From: Candidatus Acidiferrum typicum
Lineage (GTDB): Bacteria > Acidobacteriota > Terriglobia > Acidiferrales > UBA7541
DNA length: 64,000 bases
NCBI GenBank assembly: GCA_025463055.1
Contig: JAOAPV010000040.1
Span: forward strand, 15,091-79,090
Direction of reading: 5' to 3'
The notes under the pieces were generated by a model, which did not search any database, was not told where the DNA came from, and worked only from the letters and a program-made list of their open reading frames with translations. The position numbers and the translations under genes are program-made. The first letter of the stretch is position 1; each line of letters opens with the position of its first letter. Positions 30,295-39,211 of the stretch are shown here, one piece after another.

Positions 30295-31845
30295 CTAATC
30301 TACTTTGCGTTTCAGCGGCTTGCCGATTGCTAGCAGAAAAATCGCGCTCTTCTCTTTCGCGTGCGGCGAAAAGAATTGCACTACCTCGTCATCGAAAAAC
30401 GTGAGCCCGCTCGCGCCCAGGCGCAGCGCATAGGCGGCCAAATACATTTTGCCGCCGATTGCGCCTGCTTCGAGTTGGACGGCTCGGTAGCCGCGGTTCC
30501 CGTATGCCTCCAGGAGGCGATTCAAATCGGCCAGGAAAAAAACGTCGACGCACGCGTCTGCCGGTAACTGCTGTTCCAGTCCGAGCCGGTAAGCCTCGGC
30601 GCGAAACTTCCCGGCCTTCAAGAGCTCGAGTGTTTTCCGCTCACGGTGAAAGAAGTAAACGCCCGGGGCGAGCCCCTCCACCGAATGCGCGATCAGGTAA
30701 ACATCGTTGAGCTGCGCGCCGGGCTCAAGAAAATCAGCCGGAAGGCCTCGCGTCGAGCGGTCGAGAATCGTTGAGAGTTGCGCCAGCGTAATCGATGCCG
30801 CCGCATCGAAAGTCCGCGTCGAGCCACGACGCGAGATCACTTCCTCGATCGTATCCGCGGGCTGCTTGTCTTCCGGTAGTGTCTGTAGCGGAACCTCTTC
30901 GCCAGCCGAAGACGAAGACGAGAGCACCAGTTTCCTCCCGCGCTGCCGCCATTGCGCCGCTTCCTCCGCGGATATTAGCGAGGACGCCACGTGCATCTCC
31001 AGCATCGCGGGGTACTCCACCTCACGTTCCGAAACCGGTATTGTCGCAAAGCCCAGCGGGGGAACGTCTCTCGCCTCCGGCACCGAACTCTCCGACGTCT
31101 TCCCGACGGGTACGACGCACAACGAAACCTCCCGCGGCGCATCGAGGTCGAGAAGTCGGTTTACCTCGGCGTCCACAAACCCCAGCGAGATTTCAGCCGG
31201 CAGCCCCGACGCCGCGGAAATCGCTAGCGTATTCGCCAGCAGCGTGCCGTTATCCCAACCGAAATGGCGATACGTGCGCGCCTGATACTTCCAAGCATTC
31301 CGCCAATACGTTCCGCTGCACACGATCATCGCGGGCGCATGAGCCACCGCAGGTTCCGTCGCGGTCGCTTGCGCCAGGTTCCCGCGAAAATCACCCTTTC
31401 GCAGCACCTCAAGCGACATGTCCGTCGGATTAAAGTGGTACACGCCGGCATCCAGTCCCTTCAGCTCACCCGTGACGACGTACAGCTCGATCTCATAGAG
31501 CGCGCCGGTGCAAGCGGCCGCGCGAAAATAAATTTCTCCGCCCGTATATTTGCGCTGTTTTGTAATTCCCGCCGAGAAGAAAAGAATGCGCGCCAAATCC
31601 GGCAAGTCAGGGATCGCATCGCCGTTCGCCGCGCCCACAGTCGCCGAGATTGCCGCCAGCGCCGCAACGCCCGTCTGCGGCACGTCCCGCGGCAACGCAA
31701 TTCGCTCGATGTCCGGATAAACCTTGAACGCCAGCGGCTGATTCGCCCAATCCAAAACGTGCCGATTGGAACGAATACTCTGATACGAGTGTTTCGTTCC
31801 GTCGTGATACGCCCAAGCCGCCGCAATGTCGCCGTTCTTCATCAC
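30295..31845 (-). CDS. SagB/ThcOx-family (tandem nitroreductase-fold) dehydrogenase
   Basis: 516 aa. The N-terminal AWAYHDGTKHSYQS...DWANQPLAFKVYP signature recurs in the second half (..EEVISRRGSTRTFD..). This is a two-domain nitroreductase-like layout. Confidence 0.7.
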   Translation of the reverse strand: MMKNGDIAAAWAYHDGTKHSYQSIRSNRHVLDWANQPLAFKVYPDIERIALPRDVPQTGVAALAAISATVGAANGDAIPDLPDLARILFFSAGITKQRKYTGGEIYFRAAACTGALYEIELYVVTGELKGLDAGVYHFNPTDMSLEVLRKGDFRGNLAQATATEPAVAHAPAMIVCSGTYWRNAWKYQARTYRHFGWDNGTLLANTLAISAASGLPAEISLGFVDAEVNRLLDLDAPREVSLCVVPVGKTSESSVPEARDVPPLGFATIPVSEREVEYPAMLEMHVASSLISAEEAAQWRQRGRKLVLSSSSSAGEEVPLQTLPEDKQPADTIEEVISRRGSTRTFDAAASITLAQLSTILDRSTRGLPADFLEPGAQLNDVYLIAHSVEGLAPGVYFFHRERKTLELLKAGKFRAEAYRLGLEQQLPADACVDVFFLADLNRLLEAYGNRGYRAVQLEAGAIGGKMYLAAYALRLGASGLTFFDDEVVQFFSPHAKEKSAIFLLAIGKPLKRKVD

Positions 31846-31966
31846 CGCACTACGTCAGACTAGCACCTGCTAGCTTTATGCGTACGCGATAACCCAGTTG
31901 CCTGGAGTCTGGAGCTACCCTGCAAGCCAACCGCCGCCCACGCTGTCCGGCAAACACAGAATTTAC

Positions 31967-31996
31967 TTGACACTATGGCGTGTCACGATATAGTGT
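31967..31996 (+). promoter_or_regulatory. padR promoter with overlapping inverted repeat (candidate operator)
   Basis: TTGACA (31967-72), a 16-nt spacer, then TATAGT (31989-94). Inverted repeat ACACTAT (31970-76) and ATAGTGT (31990-96) spans the promoter. Confidence 0.55.
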
Positions 31997-32022
31997 GAGC
32001 TGACGTAATACGAAACATCCTC

Positions 32023-32388
32023 ATGGCTCCGAAAACTTCCGTTCCCGAATCCAACCCGCCTCTGACACCGGCAATGTTTCACGTCCTCCTAGCGCTCGCC
32101 GGTGACGATCTCCACGGCTACGCCATCCTCAAAGAAGTCGAGCTGCGCACCGACGGAGAAGTAAAGCTCAGCACCGGCACTCTGTACGGCATTATCAAGC
32201 GTCTGCTCAATGACGGCCTGATCGTCGAGCGCCGCGAGCGTCCCGCTGCGCATGATGACGAGCGCCGCCGATACTACCGGCTAACGCCGCAAGGCCGCGA
32301 AGTAGCCGCGGCCGAAGCCGCGCGCCTCGAAAAAGTCGTAGCGATAGCCCGCGCTCGCCGCCTCCTGAAAAAGGCGCAGCCAGCATGA
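32023..32388 (+). CDS. PadR-family transcriptional regulator
   Basis: FHVLLALAGDDLHGYAILKEVELRTDGEVKLSTGTLYGIIKRLLNDGLIVE. Confidence 0.9.
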   Translation: MAPKTSVPESNPPLTPAMFHVLLALAGDDLHGYAILKEVELRTDGEVKLSTGTLYGIIKRLLNDGLIVERRERPAAHDDERRRYYRLTPQGREVAAAEAARLEKVVAIARARRLLKKAQPA

Positions 32389-32465
32389 CGCTCTTGTAGG
32401 GGTACGGCACTACCGTGCCCGCTCGATAAAGTGAGTGGCTCTTACCCAGACAATCGGAGGCAAAC

Positions 32466-35108
32466 ATGACCGAACCCGAACGTCGAGCCACAAACCGCTT
32501 CCGCATGCTCCTCCGCCTCCTTCCCGCTGAATTTCGCGGAGACTTTGGCCCGGAGATGGAGCAAGTTTTCGTCGCCCAGCGCGAAGAAGCCGCGCGCGAA
32601 GGAGGCAAGATGGGCATCTGGCGTCTCTGGTGGGAAACCGCCAAAGGAATTTTCACCGCCGCGCCGCGCGAGCACCTCTCCATGCTGCGCCAAGACTCCG
32701 CCTTCGCCCTGCGCATGATGCGCAAAAATCTCGGCTTCACGATCGCCGCGATAATCGTCCTCGGCCTCGGCATCGGCGCCAACACCGCCATCTTCAGCGT
32801 AGTAAACGCCGTCCTGCTCAAGCCGCTCCCTTATGAACACGGTGAGCGCCTTCTGATGCTCCGCGAGCGCTTGTCCCGCAGCGCCCCTGCCGGACGCAAC
32901 GTTTCCGTCCCCGAAATGTTGGACTACCGCCGCCAGAATCGCAGCCTCGACGCCATCGTCGAATACCACAACATGCAGTTCATCCTCCTGGGTCGTGCGG
33001 AACCAGAGCAGGTCGAAACCGGCGTAGTCTCCTGGAATTTTTTTGATGTCTTCGGCGCCAAGCCTCTTCTCGGCCGGAATTTTGCTCCTGAGGACGAAAA
33101 AGAAGGCGCGCCAGCGGTTCTACTTCTAAGCTACGAATACTGGCTGCGCAGCTTCGGCGGCGATCCCATTGTGATCGGCAAAGTTTTCCGGATGAACGAT
33201 AAACCCCACACCGTGATCGGCGTGCTTCCTCCGTTTCCTCAATATCCGCACGAAAATGACGTGTACATGCCTTCCTCCGCGTGCCCTTTCCGCTCCGGCA
33301 CGCACATGATTGCCAACCGCCAAATGCGCATGCTGCGCTTATTTGCGCGTATGAAGCCCGGCACGAGATCCACCGAAGCGGAGGCCGATCTCTCTACAGT
33401 TGCGGCGGCGATGCAGAAAGAATTTCCAAACGATTATCCGGACGACGCTCAACCCGGTGTCGAAGCCACTCCTCTTAAAGCCGAGCTCACTCGTGACGCT
33501 AAGCCCACCATGCTCTTCCTGCTCGCCGCCGCCGGATTTGTTCTCCTCATCGCCTGCGCCAACGTCGCCAACCTAAATCTCGCCCGCATGGTTCGCCGCG
33601 AACGCGAATTGGGCGTCCGCACCGCCATGGGCGCCAGCCGGGTCCGGCTGTTCCGCCAACTCGTCACCGAAAGTTCACTGCTTGCACTCCTCGGCGGCGC
33701 GCTCGGCCTTCTTCTCGCCAACGGCGGCTTGCACCTTCTCTCCGCCTATGTCGCCCGGTTCACCCCGCGTGCCCGCGAAGTTCACATCGACCTTGTTGTC
33801 CTCCTCTTCACGTTAGGCGTCGTGCTCTTCGTCAGCGTCCTCACCGGCACCGCGCCTGCCGTAGCCCGGCGCGAAAATCTCATCACCACATTAAAAGAGG
33901 GCGGCAGCCAATCCACTCTCGGTTTCGTGCGCGGCAGACTCCGCAGCGCGCTAATCGTCGCGCAAGTCGCCGTCTCCTTCCTCCTCCTAATCGGCGCCGG
34001 GCTAACCGTGCGCAGTCTCATCAATCTTCAGCGTGTCGATCCCGGCTTCCGCCCAGACAACGTGCTCACCGTTCAATTCAGCCTCGACTTCTCCCGCTAT
34101 ACCACCAACGAAAAAACGCTCGCCTTCTGGGAGTCTCTACTCCAAAAAGTGCAGTCCCTCCCCGGCGTCACAGCCGTAGCAGCCGCCGGCGATTTCCCGC
34201 TCGACAAATCTCCCGCCTTCAGCAATCAATTCCTAATCGAGGGCCACCAAGGTGACTCCACCGACGCCAAGCCCACCGCCGAGCTCAACGTCATCACGCC
34301 CGAATATCTCAGCGTCCTCGGCATTCCGCTATTCAGCGGACGCAATTTCATTCAGCACGATCATCCCGAAAGCCCAAAGGTCGCGCTAATCAACCAGTCG
34401 ACCGCCCAGCGCTATTGGCGCAACGAAGATCCCGTCGGCCGCCGCATTTCCTTCGACAACGGCAAAACGTGGACGCAAATCATCGGCGTAATCGGCGACG
34501 TCCACGAGCACGGCCTCGACGTCCCCGCTAACGACTTCATCTATCTTCCGTTCACGCAGTATCCGCAGAATGGCCCCGCGCTAATGGCGCGCACCCAGGG
34601 CGACCCCATGGCCGTAGCCCGCGCCGTAGTGCAGCGCCTCTACGAAGTCGACCCCAACCAGCCCGCCGGCCGCATCCAGTCCCTCGAGCAATATCGCGCC
34701 GACTCCATCGCCGCCCCGCGCCTCACCGCAAATCTTCTCGGCCTCTTCGCGCTTCTCGCCTTAGCCATCGCCGCCGCCGGCATCGGCGGAGTCATGGCCC
34801 TCGCCGTCAGCCAGCGCACGCACGAAATCGGCGTCCGCATGGCCATCGGCGCGCGGCCCGCCGAAATCGTCCGCATGATCCTCAGCCAAGGCATGGGACT
34901 CGCCTTAGTAGGAGTCGCCATCGGCGTAGCCGCCGCCTTCGCCCTCACCCGCGCCGTAAAATCTCTCCTCTTCGGCGTAACGCCCAGCGACCCCGCAACG
35001 TTCCTAGCCGTAGCCGCAGTCCTAGCCGCCGCCGCGCTCGCTGCCTGCTACCTACCGGCCCGCCGCGCCGCAAAGGTAGACCCGCTACGCGCCCTCCGCG
35101 CCGAGTAA
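32466..35108 (+). CDS. duplicated MacB-like/FtsX ABC permease (ADOP family)
   Basis: 880 aa. It has two modules, each consisting of an FtsX 4-TM unit preceded by a MacB-like periplasmic domain. The N-terminus ..FRGDFGPEMEQVF.. and C-terminus ..YLPARRAAKVDPLRALRAE are typical. Follows PadR, the classic acidobacterial arrangement. Confidence 0.88.
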   Translation: MTEPERRATNRFRMLLRLLPAEFRGDFGPEMEQVFVAQREEAAREGGKMGIWRLWWETAKGIFTAAPREHLSMLRQDSAFALRMMRKNLGFTIAAIIVLGLGIGANTAIFSVVNAVLLKPLPYEHGERLLMLRERLSRSAPAGRNVSVPEMLDYRRQNRSLDAIVEYHNMQFILLGRAEPEQVETGVVSWNFFDVFGAKPLLGRNFAPEDEKEGAPAVLLLSYEYWLRSFGGDPIVIGKVFRMNDKPHTVIGVLPPFPQYPHENDVYMPSSACPFRSGTHMIANRQMRMLRLFARMKPGTRSTEAEADLSTVAAAMQKEFPNDYPDDAQPGVEATPLKAELTRDAKPTMLFLLAAAGFVLLIACANVANLNLARMVRRERELGVRTAMGASRVRLFRQLVTESSLLALLGGALGLLLANGGLHLLSAYVARFTPRAREVHIDLVVLLFTLGVVLFVSVLTGTAPAVARRENLITTLKEGGSQSTLGFVRGRLRSALIVAQVAVSFLLLIGAGLTVRSLINLQRVDPGFRPDNVLTVQFSLDFSRYTTNEKTLAFWESLLQKVQSLPGVTAVAAAGDFPLDKSPAFSNQFLIEGHQGDSTDAKPTAELNVITPEYLSVLGIPLFSGRNFIQHDHPESPKVALINQSTAQRYWRNEDPVGRRISFDNGKTWTQIIGVIGDVHEHGLDVPANDFIYLPFTQYPQNGPALMARTQGDPMAVARAVVQRLYEVDPNQPAGRIQSLEQYRADSIAAPRLTANLLGLFALLALAIAAAGIGGVMALAVSQRTHEIGVRMAIGARPAEIVRMILSQGMGLALVGVAIGVAAAFALTRAVKSLLFGVTPSDPATFLAVAAVLAAAALAACYLPARRAAKVDPLRALRAE

Positions 35109-35276
35109 CCGCGCTCGCCCTCAGCATCTCTGCGTTCTTCTCCCGTTGTCATCGCGACCGGAGCGGCCCGGCTTTTTCCTGCGCTCGCCTTCTGAGCGCC
35201 GGGCCGCGTAGTGGAGGAACCTTGGCAACATCGATCGCCGCTAAACAACCAGAGCACTACTCAATTGGTGGTGCAT

Positions 35277-36488
35277 TCACTTCCCAGCCATCAGCTCCGC
35301 CAAATACTGCTTCCACACCGCGGCCCAAGTATGCGTCCCATGCCCATGCGTAGCATCGCTAACCGGAATCAGCACAAACCGCGCCCCCGCAACCCGCCGA
35401 ATCTCCCGCTCCGCAATCCCCAGCTCCGGTGGATTGATAAAATCGTCCGCCGAATTCACATACATCATCCGCGCACGAATTTTCTCCAGCCCCGCCAGCG
35501 GATCGTAATTCCGAGAAGCATTCACGGCATACAGCAAATCGTTCGCGTCCAATCCCGCCGACCGCGCAGCAAAATACTCGTCCAGATATTTGTCCGCCGC
35601 ATCCCGCGTAGGCTGCGCCTTCTGCATCGGCAGCGGCGCGCTACCCGCGATCAGCAGCAAATCCAGCGCCGTGCGCAATCCCTGCTTCGGCTCCGCCGTA
35701 TACTCCCCACCCTTCCACTCCGGGTCCTCGCGAATCGCGTCCATCACCATTTGCCGCCACACGCGATTCCGCCCCGCAATCTGCGCCGGCTGGCAAGCCA
35801 GCGGCATCAGCGCGTCCATAGACTCCGGATACGTCTCTCCCCACACAAACGAGTGCATGCATCCCATCGAAGTCCCCAGGATCAGCCGCAAGTGCGCGAC
35901 GCCCAGGTGCTGCAGCAGCGCATGCTGCGCCGCCACCATGTCGTCGTAGTCATACTGCGGAAATTTCGCGTGCAGCCCGTCGCTCGGCTTCGACGATTTC
36001 CCGTGCCCAATCCCGTCCGGCAAAATAATGTAGTACTTCGCCGCATCCAGCAGTTGCCCCGCGCGAAATAGTTCGTCCGCAAATTGCGGCGCCAAAAATT
36101 GCGCCCCAGTCCCGCCCGTGCCATGCAAGATCATCACCGCGTTAGTAACATGCCCCGCCGAATCGCGAACCGGCGTGCCGATCGTCCGGTAGTGCAACCG
36201 CAACTCCCCGATTTTCTCCCCATCCCGAAACGCAAAATCCTTAGCGACGAAATCGCCCTCAGTAACCGCCGGGCCGCTGACAGCGCCACCCTGTAGCTCA
36301 GGTTTACCCAGAACCTCGAAGGGTCCTTCTTTTGGACCCGACGCTTTTTCCTCCTCTGCCGCGGGTGCCCCACCCTCGATGTGTGAGGGTGGGATCTTCG
36401 CCTCCCCCAGGGAACGCCAATCTCCCGATTGGCCCGCCACCAAAACCATGCCCATCACCATAGCGATCGAAAATGTCCCTCGCGCCAT
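35277..36488 (-). CDS. secreted alpha/beta-fold hydrolase (MetX/homoserine-acetyltransferase-like fold)
   Basis: ILHGTGGTG...ILPDGIGHGKSSKP...LILGTSMGCMHSF (nucleophile elbow G-T-S-M-G) ...HGHGTH. Confidence 0.75.
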   Translation of the reverse strand: MARGTFSIAMVMGMVLVAGQSGDWRSLGEAKIPPSHIEGGAPAAEEEKASGPKEGPFEVLGKPELQGGAVSGPAVTEGDFVAKDFAFRDGEKIGELRLHYRTIGTPVRDSAGHVTNAVMILHGTGGTGAQFLAPQFADELFRAGQLLDAAKYYIILPDGIGHGKSSKPSDGLHAKFPQYDYDDMVAAQHALLQHLGVAHLRLILGTSMGCMHSFVWGETYPESMDALMPLACQPAQIAGRNRVWRQMVMDAIREDPEWKGGEYTAEPKQGLRTALDLLLIAGSAPLPMQKAQPTRDAADKYLDEYFAARSAGLDANDLLYAVNASRNYDPLAGLEKIRARMMYVNSADDFINPPELGIAEREIRRVAGARFVLIPVSDATHGHGTHTWAAVWKQYLAELMAGK

Positions 36489-36592
36489 TCAATATCCCCC
36501 TCTTCTCTTTCCGAACTCCGCGCCCTCTGTGCCCAAACTCCGTGCACCCCTGTTTACCCTGAGCCTCGAAGGGTGCTAAATCTTTCCCCGCC

Positions 36593-37090
36593 TCACCCCG
36601 TAATCTCCCGCAGTCGCCCGCTAGCCACATCGTAAACAAACCCGCGCACCGCCACCTCCTTCGGCACCCAAGGATGGGTGCGCAGCTTCTGCAATTGATG
36701 CCGCACGTTCTCCTCGATGTTCGCAAACGCATAAAAAAACGCCGGAGTCACCGCCGCCGTTCCCGCGCGGTTCTGGATGCGCGTGCGCAAATCCTCTTCC
36801 GTAGTGAGCATCAACCCGCAATCCGTGTGATTGATCACCATAAACTCTTCGGTGCCCAGCAAATAATGCGACACCACCAGCGACCGCAAGCTGTCCTCCG
36901 TCACAATGCCGCCCGCATTGCGAATAATGTGCGCATCGCCCGTCTTCAGCCCCAGCGTGCGAATCGATAACCGCGTGTCCATGCACGTCAGCACCGCCAG
37001 CTTCCGCTCCGGACGCGGCGTAAGCCGCCGCAACTCATGCGTCCGCGAATAAACCTCATTAGCCGCCAACACATCATCAATAACGCTCAT
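36593..37090 (-). CDS. beta-class carbonic anhydrase
   Basis: MSVIDDVLAANEVY...LAVLTCMDTRL...VINHTDCGL. The CxDxR and HxxC zinc-ligand motifs are present. Confidence 0.88.
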   Translation of the reverse strand: MSVIDDVLAANEVYSRTHELRRLTPRPERKLAVLTCMDTRLSIRTLGLKTGDAHIIRNAGGIVTEDSLRSLVVSHYLLGTEEFMVINHTDCGLMLTTEEDLRTRIQNRAGTAAVTPAFFYAFANIEENVRHQLQKLRTHPWVPKEVAVRGFVYDVASGRLREITG

Positions 37091-37140
37091 GCCCAGCAGC
37101 ATAACAAAAAGACGTTCCCACGCGCGCCACGCGCAAACCA

Positions 37141-37225
37141 GCGGGTCGGGCCTTCAGGTCCGACATTAAGCCGCCCCTTATAAAAATTGTCATCCCGAGC
37201 GCAGCCGAGGGACCTGCTTTTCGCC
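37141..37225. repeat. REP-like GC-rich element (hairpin plus CCCGAGCGCAGCCGAGGGACCT box)
   Basis: Hairpin GTCGG-gccttcaggt-CCGAC, then TCATCCCGAGCGCAGCCGAGGGACCTGC. Related copies at 37944-38052. Confidence 0.75.
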
Positions 37226-37269
37226 TCTACGCAGCGAGGGCTCTCCGCCCGTCAGCGCACCGCACCGCC

Positions 37270-37815
37270 TCAATACTCGCGGAACCATCCCTCCCGGCCA
37301 TCCTGCAATCGCACGTTGGACCACTCTTCTTTCCGTCCAACTTTCGTCACTTTGCCGCTGCATTTCTTCGAGCACCCATTGCCGTCTTGTTCGGTGATGA
37401 AGCTCCCGTCGAATTCTTTGTACCAGCGCCCTTTGATCCAAAAGTCCGCGAATCCTTCCCCCTCGACGGTGTAGCGCAAGATCGTGTCGTCCACCTTCAG
37501 CCCTAGTTGCGGCATTGCCGCTGTAATGGTGACCACATCAGGCTCGTAAACCACACTCAGCTTGCGCAAACCGCCCACAATCGTGCCCCGCGGCAGCTCC
37601 GCGATTTTCTTGCGCTCGGCTTTCCACGTTTCGTAAAGGGAAGTCGCCCGCTCAATCTTGAAGCGCTTCACAATCCAGTTTTCTTCCGCCGTAGCAGGCA
37701 GCGCCCGTTGCTGCGGCATAGGAGTACTCTGGTCCTGCCCAGCCAAAGTGCCAGCCAGCAGCACAAAAACAACAAGATGCATCACACAAACGCTGCGCAT
37801 AAGCGTTCCTCCCAC
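37270..37815 (-). CDS. hypothetical secreted protein
   Basis: Signal peptide MRSVCVMHLVVFVLLAGTLAGQ. No family recognised. Confidence 0.55.
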   Translation of the reverse strand: MGGTLMRSVCVMHLVVFVLLAGTLAGQDQSTPMPQQRALPATAEENWIVKRFKIERATSLYETWKAERKKIAELPRGTIVGGLRKLSVVYEPDVVTITAAMPQLGLKVDDTILRYTVEGEGFADFWIKGRWYKEFDGSFITEQDGNGCSKKCSGKVTKVGRKEEWSNVRLQDGREGWFREY

Positions 37816-37943
37816 TCATTCCCAAGCGTATCGCAGCCCTTTCAAACAAGCGGACCTTTGCCACCCACCGTTGTCGAGGAAATGAACGCCCCCGCGCAGC
37901 GAAATAGTCTTGTTGTAGAAGCCAGCGCGAGCGGCTCCCCCGT

Positions 37944-38052
37944 AGTGGCCGGGCTTCAGGCCGGCTCCCGAGCGAAAGCGAGGGATCTTAGCCGTCACGC
38001 CGTACGTAGCGGCGGTCTTCAGACCGGCGCCCGAGCAAAGCGAGGTCTCTTG
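37944..38052. repeat. two tandem REP-like units (CCGG-N-CTTCAG-N-CCGG hairpin plus CCCGAGC[GA]AAGCGAGG box)
   Basis: Unit 1: GCCGGGCTTCAGGCCGGCTCCCGAGCGAAAGCGAGGGATCT. Unit 2: GGCGGTCTTCAGACCGGCGCCCGAGCAAAGCGAGGTCTCT. Confidence 0.8.
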
Positions 38053-38120
38053 CCGTTTCTCTCTTCGTCCTCCCCATCCCCTTGCCTTCCCCCCTCCCAT
38101 CCGCTAAAACAAACTCCTCC

Positions 38121-38573
38121 ATGCCCTTCGACCCCGAACTCGTAGAAGCCCAATTAGCTCTCAACCGCATCGGCACTACGGACATGCCCAAACTCGCCTG
38201 GGACGCTCTCGAAGCCGGCCTCGACGGCCCCGCCACACGCCGCCTAGCCGCCCTGCATTTCCCAACGTTCTTTCAAGTGCGCGAAATTCTACCCAAGGTC
38301 TTGGACGAATGGCATCTGAAGCAAATTCCGAAGGCAGACGCAGCCCTGCGCCTCGCAAAGCGCCGCGCCCGCGAAATCCTGCAAAGCAACGAAGATCCGC
38401 TAAAGCACGCCAACGACTTTTTTCATTTGTGGGTAGAAGCGGACTTCTGCAAGGAACTCTCAAACTACGGAGAATTGGACGAAGAGGTCTACCGCGTCCG
38501 CCATTCCGGCCAAACCGACAACCAAATCCGCCCTTGGATCCTCGAAAAACTAAAAGCCCTAGCCGCCGTTTGA
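38121..38573 (+). CDS. hypothetical protein
   Basis: ATG 38121 (MPFDPELVEAQLALNRIG...). High-GC helical protein with no family recognised. Confidence 0.5.
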   Translation: MPFDPELVEAQLALNRIGTTDMPKLAWDALEAGLDGPATRRLAALHFPTFFQVREILPKVLDEWHLKQIPKADAALRLAKRRAREILQSNEDPLKHANDFFHLWVEADFCKELSNYGELDEEVYRVRHSGQTDNQIRPWILEKLKALAAV

Positions 38574-38758
38574 GGCAGGGTTACCCGGTCGTGGATGAGC
38601 TTCATCCGCCTGCGGAGTTGAGCTTCCCCTTAGCTTGTCATGTGGCCGAGCCCCGGGACCCCTGAGCGAGCCTTCCGCCCAAGGTTTCGTTGAGGCAACC
38701 GGCCCCAATTTGTTTTGTCCGGATTTAGATTGTTGATGTAAGTTCGTCCGAGAAAATA

Positions 38759-39211
38759 ATGGGCACCCGCCAAAAAGATCTGAACTTCTATACGCTAGGC
38801 TATCAACTGCATTCACCTATGACTCTTGTCCGCCTCCTAAAGGCGCAAAGGATCAGCGTCTTGGTGGACGTCCGTCAGAATCCGATCAGCAGGAAGCGCG
38901 GATTCTCAAAAAATCACTTGGAAAAAAGCGCGCGGCTTTCAGGGATAGACTACTTTCACGCTCCGCAGCTCGGAACCCCTCCCGCTATAAGGAAGCACTA
39001 CGCAAGTGGCGGCAACATTCAGGATGTATTGGAAGCCTACGAGAAACACTTACGCAGTTGTAGGCAACATCTCCGTTCTTTGTTAGAAGCAGTGACATCG
39101 CGAAGGTTTTGTTTACTATGTCTAGAAAGTGACTATACTTCCTGTCACCGTTCCATTATTGCAAAAGTACTTGCGGAGATGACAGGATGGCAGCCAATCC
39201 ACCTGAGATAG
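38759..39211 (+). CDS. DUF488-domain protein (island gene 1)
   Basis: 150 aa. FYTLGY....L..LLKAQRISVLVDVRQNPISRKRGFSKNHLEKSARLSGIDYFHAPQLG...RFCLLCLESDYTSCHRSIIA follows the DUF488 pattern (TiGhs..F..lL....I..lvDvR..P.S....f....L......gi.Y.....LG; C-terminal C.E......CHR). Confidence 0.75.
   Translation: MGTRQKDLNFYTLGYQLHSPMTLVRLLKAQRISVLVDVRQNPISRKRGFSKNHLEKSARLSGIDYFHAPQLGTPPAIRKHYASGGNIQDVLEAYEKHLRSCRQHLRSLLEAVTSRRFCLLCLESDYTSCHRSIIAKVLAEMTGWQPIHLR

Noticed and set aside
28499-35108. A possible RiPP/thiazole-oxazole biosynthetic cluster around the SagB-like dehydrogenase and the ABC permease.
   Set aside because: No YcaO or cyclodehydratase, no precursor-like short ORF, and no protease were found. 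The neighbours form independent, commonly seen regulator-linked operons (ArsR-SRPBCC, PadR-ADOP) on other strands.
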